This document shows positions 61,334-64,000 of a DNA stretch of 64,000 bases, in pieces. Origin of the DNA: an uncultured Chloroflexia bacterium. Its GTDB lineage: Bacteria > Chloroflexota > Limnocylindria > Limnocylindrales > CSP1-4. A program made the position numbers and the translations under genes. Position 1 is the stretch's first letter, and every line of letters begins with the position of its first letter. The notes under the pieces are model-generated. The model worked only from the letters and a program-made list of their open reading frames with translations, had not been told where the DNA came from and searched no databases. The stretch spans positions 32,260-96,259 of the forward strand of contig CAVWXU010000010.1 in NCBI GenBank assembly GCA_963759135.1. The letters are read 5' to 3'.

Positions 61334-61558
61334 CCGATCTCCTTCGTCCGTTCCGGCAGCACTTGTAGAGGACAGACTGCCACGGCGAGCCCCATTCGCA
61401 CAGTGCATGCGTTCCGCCCTCCGAGGGAGGCGACGCAGTGCCCAGCCTGCGCGAGTGGCGGGCGTGCGGCGCCAGGCCAGCCTCCGGCGCAGGGCCTCGT
61501 CGTGCGGGGTCGGGGAGAACGGGCCGAAGCCGGCCTGAAGCCGGCCCGATCCGAGGGC

Positions 61559-62206
61559 TCAGGCTCTGGAGGACGCTGGCGTCGACGCCGACGGGCTGCC
61601 GCCAAACCGGTAGTCGGTGCGGACCGCCGTGCCGCGCGGGGGCCGGACGATCTCGCGCGACTGTTCCACCAGCCCGACGTCCACCATTCGCGAGCGCAGC
61701 TCGTCGGCGGGCAGACGGTGGTGCGACGGCACCAGCCGCCGCCCCGACCCGGTCGAGCTGTCGGGCTCGACGACGACGAACCGCCCATCCGGCCGCAGGG
61801 ATCGGGCGAGAGCGCCGAGCGTCCCCGCGAGCGCGGCCCGATCCACGTCATGCAGCGCGAAGTGGGCGAGGATCAGGTCGAACGTCGCAGCCGGCAGGCC
61901 CACCGCCGGCGCCTGGCCGAGAAGAAACTCGACGTTGTTCATCTGGCGCAGCCGGCGGCGCGCCTCCGCGAGCCAGGTCGGCGAGACGTCGAGGCACGTC
62001 AGGCGTCCGCCGCGTTCGAGGGCCCGCGCGAGGTAGACGGCCTCCGATCCGGCCCCGGAGCCGAAGTCGAGGACGCGCTCGCTGCCCGTGAGCCCGAGGG
62101 ACGCGACGAACCGTCGCAGGTAGCCGGCCCGCAGCGGGTCGTACAGGAGCCGGTAGGCTGCCCGGGTGAGACGTGAAGGGTCGGTGTAGTGGTTGCTCGT
62201 GACCAT
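61559..62206 (-). CDS. class I SAM-dependent methyltransferase
   Basis: Motif I VLDFGSGAGSE, then a post-I acidic residue (CLDVS) and DLILAHFALHDV. Confidence 0.85.
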   Translation of the reverse strand: MVTSNHYTDPSRLTRAAYRLLYDPLRAGYLRRFVASLGLTGSERVLDFGSGAGSEAVYLARALERGGRLTCLDVSPTWLAEARRRLRQMNNVEFLLGQAPAVGLPAATFDLILAHFALHDVDRAALAGTLGALARSLRPDGRFVVVEPDSSTGSGRRLVPSHHRLPADELRSRMVDVGLVEQSREIVRPPRGTAVRTDYRFGGSPSASTPASSRA

Positions 62207-62484
62207 GCCGGCAGTCTCCGTTCCTTCGTCGATGGCGGTCCGGTTCGCATGTCGGTCAGTTCGCATGTTGCTCTCGTTCGGACCGACCCGAAGCTTTCCG
62301 GACCGATGCCGACATCCTCGGCCCGAGATGTGCGCGAGGCATGGACGCGGTGCGGAAACTTCCCGAGCGCCGCTCGATCGGACGGGGCGAGCCGCGTCCG
62401 TCGACGGTGTGCTGTGGCAGCTCCAGCCGCATGCCGGGCCTGCCGTACAATGCCGAGCCTGCGCCGGTTCTCGCGGAGGTCCCC

Positions 62485-62754
62485 ATGCGCGTGGTCGTCG
62501 TCGAGTTCCCGGATCGCGCCTCGGCCAAGCTCGCGGTGCGCGCAATCCGTCCGGTGCTCACGGCTGCGGCCGGTCCCTGGTGGCTCGAGCAGCGCGACGA
62601 GTGCTGGCTCATCGGCGGCCCGGTCCCCACCGAGTGGGAGGACTTCGTGGCCGACACCGTCAGCGCCCTGGGTGGCTACGAGGTCCCCGACGGCCGGTCC
62701 TCGCGACGGGCCGACGCAGAGCGCCTCGTGCGCCGCCTTCGCGAGCTCCCGTAG
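62485..62754 (+). CDS. hypothetical small protein (89 aa)
   Basis: GGAGG lies 5 nt before ATG 62485. Sequence MRVVVVEFPDRASAKLAVRAIRPVL... Confidence 0.55.
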   Translation: MRVVVVEFPDRASAKLAVRAIRPVLTAAAGPWWLEQRDECWLIGGPVPTEWEDFVADTVSALGGYEVPDGRSSRRADAERLVRRLRELP

Positions 62755-62783
62755 ACGACAACCATCAAGAGGCAGGTTCCGCG

Positions 62784-63173
62784 ATGACCGACTCGAAGGC
62801 GACAGCTCCGGGCCGGGAGTGCCCGTGGTGCTCGGCCCCCGTGCCGCCCGACGCGACGCACTGCCCCGCCTGCGGCGCCGCTCTCTCGCAGCGCGAGTCG
62901 ATCGGCGATCTCGCCATCCCGGGGGTCACGACCGTGGATCCCGCGCTCGAGGCCTACGCCGCCGAGCCGCTGCCTATCCCGTTGCCGATACCGTCGAGCG
63001 TGGACCCCATCGGCGGGTCGCCGTACCTCACTGGCATGGCCGAGCTCGCCGCCCTGGCTGCGCCGTACGGCACCCACACCAAAGCGCCCGTCGATCCCAG
63101 CAGCGTCGGGGAGCCGAGCGACGCGGCTCTCCGGGCGGCCGAGCGGCTGGACCGCGAGGACGCATCCAGCTGA
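62784..63173 (+). CDS. zinc-ribbon domain protein
   Basis: CPWC-x12-CPAC near the N-terminus, followed by a Pro-rich tail. Confidence 0.6.
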   Translation: MTDSKATAPGRECPWCSAPVPPDATHCPACGAALSQRESIGDLAIPGVTTVDPALEAYAAEPLPIPLPIPSSVDPIGGSPYLTGMAELAALAAPYGTHTKAPVDPSSVGEPSDAALRAAERLDREDASS

Positions 63174-63356
63174 CCTGCGGTCGGTTCGGCGGACACCTGC
63201 ACGCCCCGGACCCGATGCTCTCGGCTCGAGTCAGCCCTGCGCCGCTGCCGGCGCAGTCAGCCCCGGGGCGACGCCGGTGCCAGGAGATGCCTGCCGGAGA
63301 GGGAGAGAGCCCCGGACATGGGCTCATGGGCGCAGTCGGAACCGACGGGAAGGCGG

Positions 63357-63674
63357 TCAGGTGTCCCCCGACGCCAGCCGTCCGCCCGCGATGGTGACGA
63401 ACCCGAGGAAGGTGAGGTTGTCGCCCCGCACCGCGGGGCAGGCGTACGGACCTGCCTGTGTCTCCGCCGCGGCCTCGCCCACTCGCCGGAGCGCGGCCAC
63501 CGTGGCCCAGTCGAGCCGGCCTCGCTCGCGGAGCCAGACCCGGCGCAAGGCGACCGGCAGGGGCTCCCCGGGGCGTCGCTCGCGGCGCACCGCGAGCACG
63601 AGCTCGTCGAGCGGATCGGTCCCGGCCACCGCGTCGGCCGATCGGTGCGCGAAGCGCTCCCCCGCGCCGATCAT
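63357..63674 (-). CDS. hypothetical protein
   Basis: ORF 63357..63695. I prefer the start MIGAGERF at 63674. No domain recognised. Confidence 0.4.
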   Translation of the reverse strand: MIGAGERFAHRSADAVAGTDPLDELVLAVRRERRPGEPLPVALRRVWLRERGRLDWATVAALRRVGEAAAETQAGPYACPAVRGDNLTFLGFVTIAGGRLASGDT

Positions 63675-63695
63675 GACATGTGCCCGCGCTGCCAA

Positions 63696-63860
63696 CTACC
63701 GAGTCCGCCGCCGGCGCGCGATGGCCTGCAGCACCAGCCCGACGACGATGACGACCGCGATCCCGACGAAGGCCGCCCAGGAGCGGAGCGGCGCCCCGAG
63801 CACGACAAGCGCGGCCGCGACGCAGACGAACGCGACAAGCCAGGACAGGTAGTTGCGCAC
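63696..63860 (-). CDS. small two-TM membrane protein (54 aa)
   Basis: GTG 63860 follows AAGGA. Sequence VRNYLSWLVAFVCVAAALVVLGAPLRSWAAFVGIAVVIVVGLVLQAIARRRRTR. Below the track's size cut-off. Confidence 0.5.
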   Translation of the reverse strand: MRNYLSWLVAFVCVAAALVVLGAPLRSWAAFVGIAVVIVVGLVLQAIARRRRTR

Positions 63861-63862
63861 CC

Positions 63863-64000
63863 TCAATCCTTCGCTCGGTCCGGAAGCGGGAATCTCCCGT
63901 GAGGGTCGAGGCGGTCGGTCTGCAACCCTCGCCCGCCGGCGCGAGCGCTGAGCGCCTCCGCCAGCTCATGCAGCGCCTCGGCCTCGGTCATGCCGCGGAC
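63863..64000 (-). CDS. 3' end of a gene entering from beyond the window (hypothetical)
   Basis: The frame is open from base 64000: ...TEAEALHELAEALSARAGG...PLPDRAKD-TGA at 63865-63863. Confidence 0.35.
   Translation of the reverse strand, partial: VRGMTEAEALHELAEALSARAGGRGLQTDRLDPHGRFPLPDRAKD

Overview
Very GC-rich chromosomal window, by eye typical of Actinomycetota-like genomes, with strong GGAGG-type ribosome-binding sites and many ATGA/GTGA start-stop overlaps. The six-frame track is full of long spurious antisense or alternate-frame ORFs, so I called genes from recognisable domains, third-position GC, RBS placement and operon logic. I see only housekeeping and accessory metabolism, transport and signalling genes. 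There is no rRNA, clean tRNA, CRISPR array, integrase, transposase, phage gene or recognisable defence system. Contents in order: a lipoprotein alpha/beta hydrolase (leaves the window), YibE/F membrane protein, M23 peptidase, ABC-2 exporter pair, SRPBCC protein, an HK/OmpR pair, a heavily decayed beta-propeller lactonase, and a membrane-anchored molybdoenzyme with a structured leader. Next come a GIDE-like/LemA pair, a Pat-type acetyltransferase, MFS, SIMPL, a second SRPBCC, PaiB, TerB, a flippase-like membrane protein, MgtA, a NodB deacetylase, and MarR with a heterodimeric ABC exporter. Then hemerythrin, a cytidylate-kinase-like protein, an aldo/keto reductase, a nagA/aldolase/SIS/kinase operon, cinA, MFS plus TetR, and a class-III aminotransferase. 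The kdp module follows: an orphan receiver, two tandem micropeptide ORFs, kdpABC, a kinase-less KdpD N-terminal/Usp gene, and a convergent kdpE plus DUF4118 kinase. The window ends with another HK/RR pair, GT39 plus GtrA, a ParA operon, a methyltransferase and several small proteins. The most notable global feature is that about a dozen otherwise normal genes need 1-nt frame corrections, usually in homopolymer runs. This looks more like an assembly or sequencing artefact than biology, apart from two loci with clustered lesions. I did not find a convincing new multi-gene system. The best leads are the split KdpD with extra micropeptide and receiver, the polyproline repeat at the MgtA N-terminus, the leader helix of the molybdoenzyme gene, the non-canonical amino-sugar operon and the GIDE/LemA pair.
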